From NCBI GenBank assembly GCA_963827085.1, contig CAWGZY010000002.1, positions 261,889 through 325,888 on the forward strand: 64,000 nucleotides of DNA. Reading direction: 5' to 3'. Shown here piece after piece: positions 9,938 through 20,989 of the stretch. The DNA is from an uncultured Bacteroidota bacterium. GTDB lineage: Bacteria > Bacteroidota > Ignavibacteria > UBA10030 > UBA8401. Position numbers and translations under genes: made by a program. Each line of letters starts with the position of its first letter. Within the stretch, counting starts at the first letter, position 1. Under the pieces are notes generated by a model. The model saw only the letters and a list, made by a program, of their open reading frames with translations. It did not search any database and was not told where the DNA came from.

Positions 9938-10315
9938 TCACATTTTCATCGTCATCGTTACTTCATTGCCGTTCGTGTTAAAACCGACTTTATCCATCAG
10001 TTGATGCATCAAAAAAACACCCCTGCCGCTTTCGCGCAATAAGTTATCCTCGTGGATCGGGTTCGGGATGACGCTGGGATTGAACCCTTTTCCCTCGTCT
10101 TTAACTTTGATCACCAGAACATTCCCCCGGCGTGTGCATGACACAACGACTTTCTTCGCCGGATTCCGTTTGTTCCCGTGGATGATCGCATTATTCACCG
10201 CTTCAGTGACGACGACGAGCAATGAGCCGAACTTCTCGTCATCGATCTTGAATGCCGAGTTCATTTTCAGCAAAAATTCTTCCACGCGATGAATGTTCTT
10301 CGGGTCGCTTCCCAT
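9938..10315 (-). CDS. Anti-sigma regulatory factor (RsbW/SpoIIAB-like Ser kinase, HATPase_c)
   Basis: 126 aa from MGSDPKNIHRVEEF, with the N-box EAVNNAIIHG and G-box DEGKGF of GHKL ATPases. Confidence 0.7.
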   Translation of the reverse strand: MGSDPKNIHRVEEFLLKMNSAFKIDDEKFGSLLVVVTEAVNNAIIHGNKRNPAKKVVVSCTRRGNVLVIKVKDEGKGFNPSVIPNPIHEDNLLRESGRGVFLMHQLMDKVGFNTNGNEVTMTMKM

Positions 10316-10377
10316 TGTGATCCGAAAAGTCTTCTGCGCCGTCCGCCGCCGAGAGTGTGCTGCCACTGCAGTCCTTT

Positions 10378-12303
10378 TCAAAAATTCGCTTTTGCCGACA
10401 TCATGATATTCGACACATCGCGTGTCGGCTGGTTTATCTCTTTTTGAAATTCCTTCCACCCCTGAATTTCGAGCCGCCACCCCGAGCGCAACGTAAGCAA
10501 AATCGACGTTGTCGGCCCATAGCTGAAATAATTCCCGTTCGGTACGCGCGTCGTGCCGCTATACAGATAGCTGTTCTGCACAAATGAACGGAACCCCGCG
10601 CTGCAGACGAGCCTTTCCTGAATGGTGTACCGAAGCGCCGGAGAAAAAGTTACTTCCTGAAAATACTGTTGAGGCCGCTCCGAAAATTGCTGCCAGTCCA
10701 ACTGAGCGCGTTCATACAACCGAACATGTAAAAGAAAATCAAGCCCTATGCTTGAAGACATATCATACGACGTCGAATCGAGAAATGCAAATTGCCTGTA
10801 TGAATAGCTCTCAACCGTAGGCACAAGTGTCTCAAAATCGAACACCGTGTAATTGGCAAGTACCTCGAACGTATTAACCATCCTCATGGCTGGGGAGGGT
10901 GTATAGGTCAATTCCGGGGCTAATCGAAATATACGGTTCCAGTTGTTGTTCGCGCTCCGGGCCGCAAGCAGGTAGACCATGTGGTTCAGCGTTGCCTCGG
11001 CGGTAACGCTGATCTCAAAATAGTCATTCCAACGATGGGATTCCCGGCCGGAGAACGTAATGTAAAGTTCGTCGTGGTCGTCGGTGTTCGTCGAATCGGG
11101 GGTAACATAGTGAAGAATGCTGGCCGAGCTTTCAAAAGAAACGAAGTCGCTTGCAGACACCGGCATAGAAAAAATGCCGCGCAATGATGTTTTGCGCGCA
11201 TCATTGTCTAACTGCGATTCCTGTTCCGAGGCGCTTTGTTGGATATCCGGGTCCACCCCATCGATTTTCTGCAGAATATGCGTTTCATCCCGGTCGCTGG
11301 TATGGATACCGACCGAAACAAAGATGTTATTGATGTCGCGGTAGTTGAGGTCGATTCCCCCCTCGAGCCGTTGTTCCACCACGGTAACGTCGTACGGAAT
11401 CAATGTCGGCTCCGACAACGCTTTGTAGCGAAATGCGTTGCTGATCGTCCGTGTTTCGACGAGAGTCTGGACAACTGCCGAAAGTTCCTTTCCGACCGCG
11501 TAGTGAAGCGTGTTCGATACATTATAGATCTCGTCCACCCTGCTTCGAATGTTGTACTTCACTCCAAACTCCTTTTGCATGACGCTATCGGCAGGTACAT
11601 AAAAGTCCCAACGATTGTTCGACCATTGGAATCGAAGGCTGTCAAACGACCCTTCGAGAAAATCCTTCCCCAAAAACAATTGCGAGCCGTTGCTGCGGAA
11701 ATACCGGGGCGACAAATTGCTCACGTTCAACCGCAATGATGCAAGCGTTTCGTACCCGTCGATATCGACCGAATCCAGCTGAGAAGACAACTTGTAATTC
11801 CATCCCTGATCTGTTTGATCCTGCTGGCGGTCGACACGAAAACCGACAAGCGGGGAGACGGAGATATACGGCAAAGGCCGTATCGAGACGCCGACAAGGC
11901 CGGTTTGAAGCGCGGCGTTGCTAACGTCGAGCGATTGGTTGTCCGAAAGGGTAAATGTTGACGCTTCAAGGTCCATGTCCAGCATTGAAGACACCCTTCG
12001 CGACGCATTCAGCCACAGCGTATGCTCATCGCGAAGGGAGTTTTGATTCTGCTCGATAAATGATGAGCTGTAGCGGTCATGAACGTCCATGGAGAAACCG
12101 CTGTCGCGTCCGCTGTAATCGGCTTTGAAATTCCACAGGTACGTGTTCAGATTTCGTTCGAAGCTGATGCCTGCGTCATTGGAATCCCGCGCAGCAACAG
12201 CATTGTATCGCAGTGTGTCGGCCTGAGCATGAGCAATTGCCGGGAGAACGACAAGCAAGAAAATGCCGGCTCCAAAAAACAAATGTGAAATTGTATTCTT
12301 CAT
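10378..12303 (-). CDS. Outer-membrane beta-barrel protein (641 aa)
   Basis: Signal peptide MKNTISHLFFGAGIFLLVVLPAIAHAQA. Alternating amphipathic beta-strand pattern. C-terminal ...SAKANF ends in Phe. Confidence 0.6.
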   Translation of the reverse strand: MKNTISHLFFGAGIFLLVVLPAIAHAQADTLRYNAVAARDSNDAGISFERNLNTYLWNFKADYSGRDSGFSMDVHDRYSSSFIEQNQNSLRDEHTLWLNASRRVSSMLDMDLEASTFTLSDNQSLDVSNAALQTGLVGVSIRPLPYISVSPLVGFRVDRQQDQTDQGWNYKLSSQLDSVDIDGYETLASLRLNVSNLSPRYFRSNGSQLFLGKDFLEGSFDSLRFQWSNNRWDFYVPADSVMQKEFGVKYNIRSRVDEIYNVSNTLHYAVGKELSAVVQTLVETRTISNAFRYKALSEPTLIPYDVTVVEQRLEGGIDLNYRDINNIFVSVGIHTSDRDETHILQKIDGVDPDIQQSASEQESQLDNDARKTSLRGIFSMPVSASDFVSFESSASILHYVTPDSTNTDDHDELYITFSGRESHRWNDYFEISVTAEATLNHMVYLLAARSANNNWNRIFRLAPELTYTPSPAMRMVNTFEVLANYTVFDFETLVPTVESYSYRQFAFLDSTSYDMSSSIGLDFLLHVRLYERAQLDWQQFSERPQQYFQEVTFSPALRYTIQERLVCSAGFRSFVQNSYLYSGTTRVPNGNYFSYGPTTSILLTLRSGWRLEIQGWKEFQKEINQPTRDVSNIMMSAKANF

Positions 12304-12427
12304 CCAAACGTTTCACGAGGACAAAAAAATTTTATTACCGGCAGAGTGATATGCGGTGCAGGGAGTTCAATAGCCGGCAGGTTATCGACGCCGGCTTCGA
12401 TGTCAACAAGATTCGGCGTTGGCTTCA

Positions 12428-13276
12428 TCAGAAAAGGATATCCCGCACGGTATGCCGCGGTTCGTAACCGAGCATTTCGTGTGCCTTACGGTACGACAGC
12501 AAGGAGGCTGCGCCGGTGAAATCCTGTACGAAGTTTTTGACTTCGGGAAAATAATTTTTCAGCAAACTTTTAGAATCAATGCCCGTCCAATTATCTTTCG
12601 CGGAGATAAAGAATACCTCGTGGAGAGAATCCAGGTCTTTTTCCACCGCCAGCCTGTGCGCCTGCGCTGCATCATACACATGCACAAACGACCAAAGGTT
12701 GTTGCACCATTTATGATGTTCCGAAACGAGCGCTTTATACTTTTCCCGTTCACTCCCTTCGGGGACCCAAATCCACGGCTGGCGGAGGCAGACTGTGCGA
12801 ATGCCGTACCGAGCAGAATACGTCCGGCAAATTTGTTCACCGATCACTTTGCTCAATCCGTACGGGTCTTGCGGCCGCAGCGGATGCTTCTCATCAATCG
12901 GTATATATTCCGGAGCCATGTACTTCGTCATAAACGCAAAGCCGAGCGTTGACTCGCTCGACGTAAACACAACTTTCTTGACATTGCTCCGCGCCGCCGC
13001 CTCAAGCACGTTAAACGTGCCGCTGACATTGGCCGTAAACACCTTGTCTGCCGGATGGTTTAACGGATGGGAAATGCCGGCCATGTGGACGACAACATCG
13101 TAGCCTTTAAGCGCTTTCACCATATTCTCAAGGTTCAGGATATTAATATCATGAAACCAGATACCGGCCCTTGGAGGAACGACGTCGAGGACGCCGACAG
13201 TATGTTTGTGCTGCAGCAGTTCGTCGACAACATATTTACCGACTAAGCCGCTCCCGCCTGTAACGAGGATTTTCAT
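12428..13276 (-). CDS. NAD-dependent epimerase/dehydratase family (extended SDR)
   Basis: MKILVTGGSGLVGKYVV (GxxGxxG), YxxxK context, 282 aa. Confidence 0.8.
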   Translation of the reverse strand: MKILVTGGSGLVGKYVVDELLQHKHTVGVLDVVPPRAGIWFHDINILNLENMVKALKGYDVVVHMAGISHPLNHPADKVFTANVSGTFNVLEAAARSNVKKVVFTSSESTLGFAFMTKYMAPEYIPIDEKHPLRPQDPYGLSKVIGEQICRTYSARYGIRTVCLRQPWIWVPEGSEREKYKALVSEHHKWCNNLWSFVHVYDAAQAHRLAVEKDLDSLHEVFFISAKDNWTGIDSKSLLKNYFPEVKNFVQDFTGAASLLSYRKAHEMLGYEPRHTVRDILF

Positions 13277-13315
13277 GCTTGGCTCCTCAATAAAAACGCA
13301 AACGATAAAAAATAG

Positions 13316-13806
13316 TTAGATGCAGTTGGGAAAAAACAGCTGTACTTCGAACTTTTGCAGATGGACAGGAATCTGAATATTCCTGAATCCTTGCTTTGTC
13401 AACCCGCCCGAAAATTTTTCTGCCTGGTCGGGGTCTCCGTGAACAAGAAAGATATTTTTCAATTTGTGTTTCTTGACGACAAATTCACCATCGCCTCCTG
13501 GATGTATGCACTGTCCTTCAGCATTATGCCGCAAAGGTCGCGCGTTGCGGGAGTGCAGTAAATCGGTCCGTCGTAGCCGTTCTTGACAAGATTAGGAAGA
13601 TTGCCTGCGTGGTCGATATGTGCGTGCGACAAAACCGGCGCATCGATCGATGAGGGGTCGAACGGAAAATTCTTGTTCCGTTCAAACGTATCCGCTCGTT
13701 TGCCCTGGAACAAGCCGCAATTAAGAAGAATATTCTTTCCGTTGATATGAAGAAGGTGCATCGAACCGGTAACCGTCCGCGTCGCACCGATAAATTCAAC
13801 TATCAT
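13316..13806 (-). pseudogene. Remnant of an MBL-fold/beta-CASP RNA-metabolising hydrolase. The N-terminal 115 aa (HAHIDHAG motif) and the C-terminal ~70 aa (FLVHGDPDQ) survive in different frames; about 290 aa in the middle are missing.
   Basis: ORF 13459-13806 reads [23 protein letters not shown]...[15 protein letters not shown] 13316-13534 reads ...NIFLVHGDPDQAEKFSGGL. Full-length family members are ~450 aa. Confidence 0.55.
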
Positions 13807-13901
13807 AAGATGTACACCGGAATAAGATCGTTATGCCACGGTACGATACGAAAAGACGGGGCGGTTTTCAAGGACAGAGTCGCAATGAAAATTCTAATCG
13901 C

Positions 13902-15557
<1,656 letters not shown>

Positions 15558-15566
15558 TTAAAAATT

Positions 15567-15700
15567 GAGACTTCTGAAAAATGCTGGAGTAATGTCATTC
15601 TGAGGAGCACAGCGACTTCCGAAGGAATGCCTTCGGCATTCTCCCGCCGCTTTTCGGCGTGATCAGAATGACATTCCATTACCAATTATTCAGAAGTTTC
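15567..15700. repeat. MITE-like repeat family 1, copy C, with a large internal hairpin (gtaatgtcattctga ... tcagaatgacattcc)
   Basis: Left end gagacttctgaaaaatg, right end attattcagaagtttc. Confidence 0.65.
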
Positions 15701-15749
15701 AAATTAAGAGTTAGGAATTTACAATAGACTTTCACTGATCTCGGTAAAT

Positions 15750-16505
15750 TTATTTTGGGTTTTGAATTTTTATTTTTGCCCTTACCCGGTCGAGGTCTTC
15801 CTGTGTGTCGACCGGGATTGAATCGAATTCGGTGACGGCTACTTTAATGCGAAAACCGTGTTCAAGAATGCGTAGCTGCTCAAGCTTTTCAGCGCGTTCG
15901 AGCGGCGTTGATGCCAATGACGTGTAGTGCTGCAAGAAAGAACTTCGATAAACATAAATTCCAAAGTGCTTGTAGAACACTGCGCGTTTCAGCCAGTCTG
16001 TCGCTTCCTTTGAATCGCGGACAAACGGAACAAGTGAGCGGGTAAAATAAAGAGCATAGTTGTGTTTGTCGATCACGACTTTTACGATGTTTGGGGTCAA
16101 CAGCTCGTCGAGTGATGTAATCTTTTTCACTGCCGTGCCAACGACAGCCGCGGCATCGTCAATCAACAATTGAATCGTCTGATCGATCATCTCGGGCTCG
16201 ATCAACGGCTCGTCTCCCTGCACATTGACAATGATATCCGCCTCGAGGCTGCGGGCGACGAACGCGACCCTGTCGCTCCCGCTTTGAATCGTTGACGGTG
16301 TCATCACTGACTTCCCGCCGAATTTCTTCACAGCCGATTCTATTCGCTCGTCGTCCGTTGCAATAATAACATCGGTGAGCAATCGAGATTGTTTCGCCCT
16401 CTCGTAGACGCGCTGCACCATCGGCTTTCCGTGAATATCAGCCAGCGACTTTGCCGGAAGCCGCTGCGATGCATAACGGGACGGTATGATGCCTAGTATT
16501 TTCAA
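15750..16505 (-). CDS. kdsB: 3-deoxy-manno-octulosonate cytidylyltransferase (CMP-KDO synthetase). Start is ambiguous: TTG at 16505 or ATG at 16601.
   Basis: (M)KILGIIPSRYASQRLPAKSL...VNVQGDEPLI. The 32-codon extension up to 16601 overlaps a perfect 13-bp inverted repeat and is atypical for KdsB. Confidence 0.8.
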   Translation of the reverse strand: MKILGIIPSRYASQRLPAKSLADIHGKPMVQRVYERAKQSRLLTDVIIATDDERIESAVKKFGGKSVMTPSTIQSGSDRVAFVARSLEADIIVNVQGDEPLIEPEMIDQTIQLLIDDAAAVVGTAVKKITSLDELLTPNIVKVVIDKHNYALYFTRSLVPFVRDSKEATDWLKRAVFYKHFGIYVYRSSFLQHYTSLASTPLERAEKLEQLRILEHGFRIKVAVTEFDSIPVDTQEDLDRVRAKIKIQNPK

Positions 16506-16602
16506 TTGCCGATTGCCGATTTTCGATTGAAAGAAGTACTCTGCGACGAACAGGTTCGGATTTCCAATCGGCAATCGGAATTCGCCATTCGTAAATTCCA
16601 AA

Positions 16603-16890
16603 TCATCCGATCACCTTCGGCACTTTGAAAAGCGTGTCTTTCTTCGCGGGTGCATTCTTCAACGCCTCCTCGGGTGAAATTGACGGCTTCACAACATCGT
16701 CGCGAAAGACATTGCTCAATTCGATCACATGGGACAACGGTTCCACGTTCGACGTATCGAGTTCGTTTAATTTTTCGATGTATTTCAGGATATCGTTGAG
16801 CTCGTGGGTCAGTTTTTCTTTTTCTTTCTCGTCGAATTCCAGCCGCGCAAGCTCGGCAATGTGCTCGACATCTTTTATGGTTACAGACAT
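16603..16890 (-). CDS. gatC: Asp/Glu-tRNA amidotransferase subunit C
   Basis: MSVTIKDVEHIAELARLEFDEKEKEKL... Confidence 0.85.
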   Translation of the reverse strand: MSVTIKDVEHIAELARLEFDEKEKEKLTHELNDILKYIEKLNELDTSNVEPLSHVIELSNVFRDDVVKPSISPEEALKNAPAKKDTLFKVPKVIG

Positions 16891-16985
16891 TGTGGTTTCT
16901 CCGGATTAACAATGAATTCAGAATACAGGAGACGGGAGGCAGGAGACAGAATGAAGATCATTCTGCATCCTTTATCCCTTTCCAT

Positions 16986-17702
16986 TTAAGAAATATCTTC
17001 CCTGTAGCTCCGTTCTATGATGTTCCTCACTCTATTCATCAATGCAATTTCCTCTTCCCGATTTGCGATGTGCGAGGTGTCGATCGGTTTATCCATCAAC
17101 AATTCAATCGGGCTCGGCCGGATATCCAATGAAGACTTCGGCAATATTTTATAGCTCCCGTTAATTGTGATCGGGACAATCGGAACGCCCGATTTTGCCG
17201 CGAGCGCAAAGGCGCCCCGTTTAAACGGAAGCAATTTTCCGTCGCGCGTCCGTGTCCCCTCTGCAAAAAGAATCACGGAACCGCCTGTTTTGATCGCTTC
17301 CGCCGCACGGTTGAGACTTTTCATCGCTTCACTTCCTTTCGCGCGATCGACCATAATGTGATGCCCCCACTTCAGCGCCCATCCCCAGAGCGGCACATAG
17401 GATAATTCCTTTTTGAACATGATGCGCACACGAGGCAGCACCGACATAATCGCAGGGATATCGAACATACTTGCATGGTTCGTTACAAAAATGTATGCCC
17501 CATCGGGCGAAATATTTTCCATGCCGCGCACGTACACTTTGATACCCCAGATGTTCAAGACGAATTTCGACCAAGAACTTCCCGCCCAAAAATACGTGCG
17601 TCCGTCTTTTTCGACGAGAAGACTGATAAGCGCGATGATCGACAAGCAGGCATTCGCCGCAACAACGATAACGATCCGGCCGATTGTCAGCAACGTACGC
17701 AT
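16986..17702 (-). CDS. plsC: 1-acyl-sn-glycerol-3-phosphate acyltransferase
   Basis: NHASMFD (HX4D) and FAEGTRT motifs. Confidence 0.85.
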   Translation of the reverse strand: MRTLLTIGRIVIVVAANACLSIIALISLLVEKDGRTYFWAGSSWSKFVLNIWGIKVYVRGMENISPDGAYIFVTNHASMFDIPAIMSVLPRVRIMFKKELSYVPLWGWALKWGHHIMVDRAKGSEAMKSLNRAAEAIKTGGSVILFAEGTRTRDGKLLPFKRGAFALAAKSGVPIVPITINGSYKILPKSSLDIRPSPIELLMDKPIDTSHIANREEEIALMNRVRNIIERSYREDIS

Positions 17703-18952
17703 TACGCTTTCTCCGCAGCGCGAATTCTCTTTTCGATCGACGGGTGGCTGTAAAAAAGAAATTCTACCACCGGATGGGGGGCCGTATCGGCAAGGTTCAT
17801 GTCGGCCAGTTTCCTCATCGTTGACATGAACGCCGGGGCATTTCCCGTTCTCTCAAGCGCATAACGGTCGGCTTCGAACTCATATTTCCTCGACAAAACA
17901 TTCGACAAGGGCGACGTCAACAGCGAATAGACTCCAAGCCAGAGAGCCAACAGCGGCAGTGCCGCAAGCTGATCGACAGAAGAGAAACCAAACCATCCGA
18001 GCGAGAAAAAATAAAGTTTCGAAGTAATAAAAAGCCCGGCATAGATGCTCAGCGTCCCCACCAGGATGTTTTTCCAAATGTGCCCGTGGACGTAATGGCC
18101 GAGCTCATGCGCAAAAACAGTTTCGACCTCGTCATCCGAAAAGTGCTGCATCAGCGTATCGCCTAAAATGATCCTCTTCGATTTTCCGATGCCCGTAAAT
18201 CCTGCATTCGCTTTCTTCGTTGTCTTGCTAAGGTTGAAGGTGAATATTCCCGTTACGTTCATGCGGGTGTTCTTGCACAGGGAGAGAATTCGTTCTTTCA
18301 GAGCGTCGTTCTCCAGAGGAGTGAATTTGTAGAAGAGCGGCATGATGAACACCGGAGCAATCTTAGAAAGAAGCATCGACACAACAAACATCGCCGTCGC
18401 GACCGGCAGCCACCATAATGCCTGGTACGTTCTCAAGAAAAAATAAAACAGAAGCACCAACGGCACCGCGATAGGAATGCTGACGAGAAATGCTTTGACC
18501 TGTTCCCACAGCCATTGAAAGAAACTCTGGTTCGACAAATTATACCGATGTTCGAGAACGAAGCCAGAGTAAAAACTCAGCGGGAAAGAAATGACGCCGC
18601 TCAGCACGCCGAGCAACGCTCCAAAAAGAAGCAGGGCAACATACGGCGACTGGGTGTATAAATGGACAAAATTCTCCATGCGGAGAGAAAAGCCTGTCAT
18701 GACAATAGCCAATGTAACAATAAACGAAAACGTTGTCCCGATAAGAGACAACGTCAGCTTGATGCGGCTATATTTTTTTGCTTGAGATGATGGTGCCGGC
18801 GTGTTTGTGGGGTCTGCTTCAACGGCACGAAAGATTTTCATGGACGAAACAACGCGAGGGTTGGTCTTCTGTGGTTTTTCAATAATACAAAAAGTGGAGA
18901 AGAAAAACAAGGAGAAGATTGAGGGGGACGTGAAACATGTTTCACGGAACAC
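17702..18952 (-). CDS. M48-family (Ste24/HtpX-like) zinc metalloprotease, polytopic membrane protein
   Basis: HELGHYVHGH zinc motif and multiple TM helices. Stop overlaps the plsC start (TAATG). The start may instead be the internal Met of MKIFRAVEAD. Confidence 0.75.
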   Translation of the reverse strand: MFRETCFTSPSIFSLFFFSTFCIIEKPQKTNPRVVSSMKIFRAVEADPTNTPAPSSQAKKYSRIKLTLSLIGTTFSFIVTLAIVMTGFSLRMENFVHLYTQSPYVALLLFGALLGVLSGVISFPLSFYSGFVLEHRYNLSNQSFFQWLWEQVKAFLVSIPIAVPLVLLFYFFLRTYQALWWLPVATAMFVVSMLLSKIAPVFIMPLFYKFTPLENDALKERILSLCKNTRMNVTGIFTFNLSKTTKKANAGFTGIGKSKRIILGDTLMQHFSDDEVETVFAHELGHYVHGHIWKNILVGTLSIYAGLFITSKLYFFSLGWFGFSSVDQLAALPLLALWLGVYSLLTSPLSNVLSRKYEFEADRYALERTGNAPAFMSTMRKLADMNLADTAPHPVVEFLFYSHPSIEKRIRAAEKA

Positions 18953-18981
18953 GGTGAAGAATCGTCTGGCTCGTCTTTATG

Positions 18982-19797
18982 TCAGGAGATTGCTTTTACC
19001 GCCACCACCAGCAATCCTGTTCCCCGCGTGTTGGTAAATTTGTAGTCGGCGTACATTAGAAGGAGTGTAAGCCACAGTGTGAGAATGTAATAGAACGGAA
19101 GAAGGATGAAATACAGCTTACTTTTGTTCAGCATCTGCATTGGGTACTTGATGCCAAGCCGCCATGCGGCACTCCCAATGGGTCCGTAGGTATACGTAAC
19201 TTTTTCCATCTGAAAACCGGCGCTTTTCAGCTTTCGTGTGATGTCGTCGACGGAGTATCCGTTGCGGGCGTGCTCTTCGATAAAACTCGGATCGTTCTCG
19301 TCGTGAGCGTCCGAGCCGCCGAGGTTGGATGGAGTGTTAATAAGAACCTTACCGCCGGGCTTCAAGGCTCCGTAAAAATTCTTGAAGACCTGAACATCCT
19401 CCTGAATATGTTCCATAACGTCGACGGACAAAATAAAATCAAATCGCCCGCTGTGCTTGGGAATTGTCAGGTCTTCGACTTCGAACGAAACATTCCGGAG
19501 TTTCTCCTTCGCGAAGAAGGAGCGGCAATCCGCAATCTGTTCTTCCTTCACATCTACTGCGTGGATGGCCGCAGAACGAAAATGCTTCGCACAGTAGTAG
19601 GAATACTGTCCAAAGCCGCTTCCGGCGTCGAACATTGTGAACGGCTCTTTCTTCCTGCCCAGCAATTCCCGGAGCGCGCGTTTGACATACCATTCACGCA
19701 AAAACATGATGCCGAGAATCGCGTAGAAGAACCTCCGCACGAGCGGGCTCGTCCGCGCAACATTGCCGATAACATTTTTTATAGGGTCGTACTGCAT
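18982..19797 (-). CDS. Class I SAM-dependent methyltransferase with a C-terminal TM segment
   Basis: DAGSGFGQYS (motif I), 272 aa from the ATG at 19797. Confidence 0.7.
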   Translation of the reverse strand: MQYDPIKNVIGNVARTSPLVRRFFYAILGIMFLREWYVKRALRELLGRKKEPFTMFDAGSGFGQYSYYCAKHFRSAAIHAVDVKEEQIADCRSFFAKEKLRNVSFEVEDLTIPKHSGRFDFILSVDVMEHIQEDVQVFKNFYGALKPGGKVLINTPSNLGGSDAHDENDPSFIEEHARNGYSVDDITRKLKSAGFQMEKVTYTYGPIGSAAWRLGIKYPMQMLNKSKLYFILLPFYYILTLWLTLLLMYADYKFTNTRGTGLLVVAVKAIS

Positions 19798-19803
19798 CTT
19801 CAA

Positions 19804-19861
19804 TTATCAATGATCAATAAACAATTATCATTATATCCTTTTCATTGATCATTGATAATTG
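19804..19861. promoter_or_regulatory. Perfect 18-bp inverted repeat (caattatcaatgatcaat ... attgatcattgataattg) that fills the entire GT4-stop to methyltransferase-start gap
   Basis: Read directly. One arm covers the GT4 stop codon; the other ends 6 nt from the methyltransferase ATG. The flanks carry more caattatca / aattgttca direct repeats. Confidence 0.5.
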
Positions 19862-20979
19862 TTCATTGTTAATTGTTCAATTGCGTTCACCATGTTCTCC
19901 CACGAATACTTTTTCTTTTCCCGCGCTGCGCCGGCAGAAAGCGTCTCTTCAAGATTTGCGGAATAAAACCGCAGTACCGCGTCTGCGAGTTTCGACGGGT
20001 TATTCGGCGGCACGATCAATCCCGATACCCCGTCAACGACAACTTCGGCAAGTCCGCCGACGTCGGTCGCGATGACCGGTTTATCGAAGTTGCAGGCTAT
20101 CTGAGCAATTCCGCTCTGAGTCGCGGAGAGGTACGGCAGGACAACGGCGTCCGCAGCAGAAAAATATTCTCCCACTTTTTCGTTCGGGACATAGTCGGAA
20201 ACGACATCGACAACGTCGCGGACCTGCGCGTCCGAGATGTGCCATCGGTACTGCTCTTCGTCATCGTAGAATTCGCCGACGACGAGCAGTTTGACGCGGA
20301 GAGATTTCTTAAGCTCTTTCATCGCGTCGATCATCACATGCAGTCCTTTGTACGGGCGGATGTAACCGAAAAAGAGAATCACTTTTTCATCACGGATGCC
20401 CAGCGCTGCACGCGCTTCTTTTTTATTTCTGCGCGGTCCAAAAATTTCATAGACCGGATGCGGGACTTTCCGGTAGCGGGGGTTCTCCACCGTTGCCAGC
20501 AAATCCTTTTCGACGGTATCCGATTGAACAATATATGCATCCACAAATTTGAATGCGTACCACGTAAACAGTCCGTCGCCGGGACGGTGCTCGTGGGGAA
20601 TCACGTTATCGCAGATGGCAACAACTTTCGTCTTCCTCCGATATTTCAACAGCGCGCAGATCGTTCCAAAACATGGTCCGAAGAACGGGAGCCAGTACTT
20701 AAAAATCACGGCATCGGGATTTCGTTTGCGAAGCGCTATTCCGACCCGAATCCAATTCAACGGGTTCACCGAGTCGATCAACGGCTCGCTTGTTACCGGC
20801 AGGCCGGGGTCTCCTTCTTCCTTCTGCGTCTTCCCCGGAAAAAACATTTTGGGATACTGTCTCTTGAAGGAAATTATCTCTACGTGGTGATTTTTCTTCA
20901 GATGGGTATACAGAAGAGCGTTGTAGTGTGCTATGCCGCCGCGAAGAGGATACGCCGTGCCGAGAATAAGGATGTTCAT
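19849..20979 (-). CDS. Glycosyltransferase family 4 (GT-B, group 1)
   Basis: 376 aa with a C-terminal EX7E-type GT4 region (GGLAEVVVDGVSGLIV). Confidence 0.85.
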   Translation of the reverse strand: MNILILGTAYPLRGGIAHYNALLYTHLKKNHHVEIISFKRQYPKMFFPGKTQKEEGDPGLPVTSEPLIDSVNPLNWIRVGIALRKRNPDAVIFKYWLPFFGPCFGTICALLKYRRKTKVVAICDNVIPHEHRPGDGLFTWYAFKFVDAYIVQSDTVEKDLLATVENPRYRKVPHPVYEIFGPRRNKKEARAALGIRDEKVILFFGYIRPYKGLHVMIDAMKELKKSLRVKLLVVGEFYDDEEQYRWHISDAQVRDVVDVVSDYVPNEKVGEYFSAADAVVLPYLSATQSGIAQIACNFDKPVIATDVGGLAEVVVDGVSGLIVPPNNPSKLADAVLRFYSANLEETLSAGAAREKKKYSWENMVNAIEQLTMNNYQ

Positions 20980-20989
20980 TGCCTGCGCA

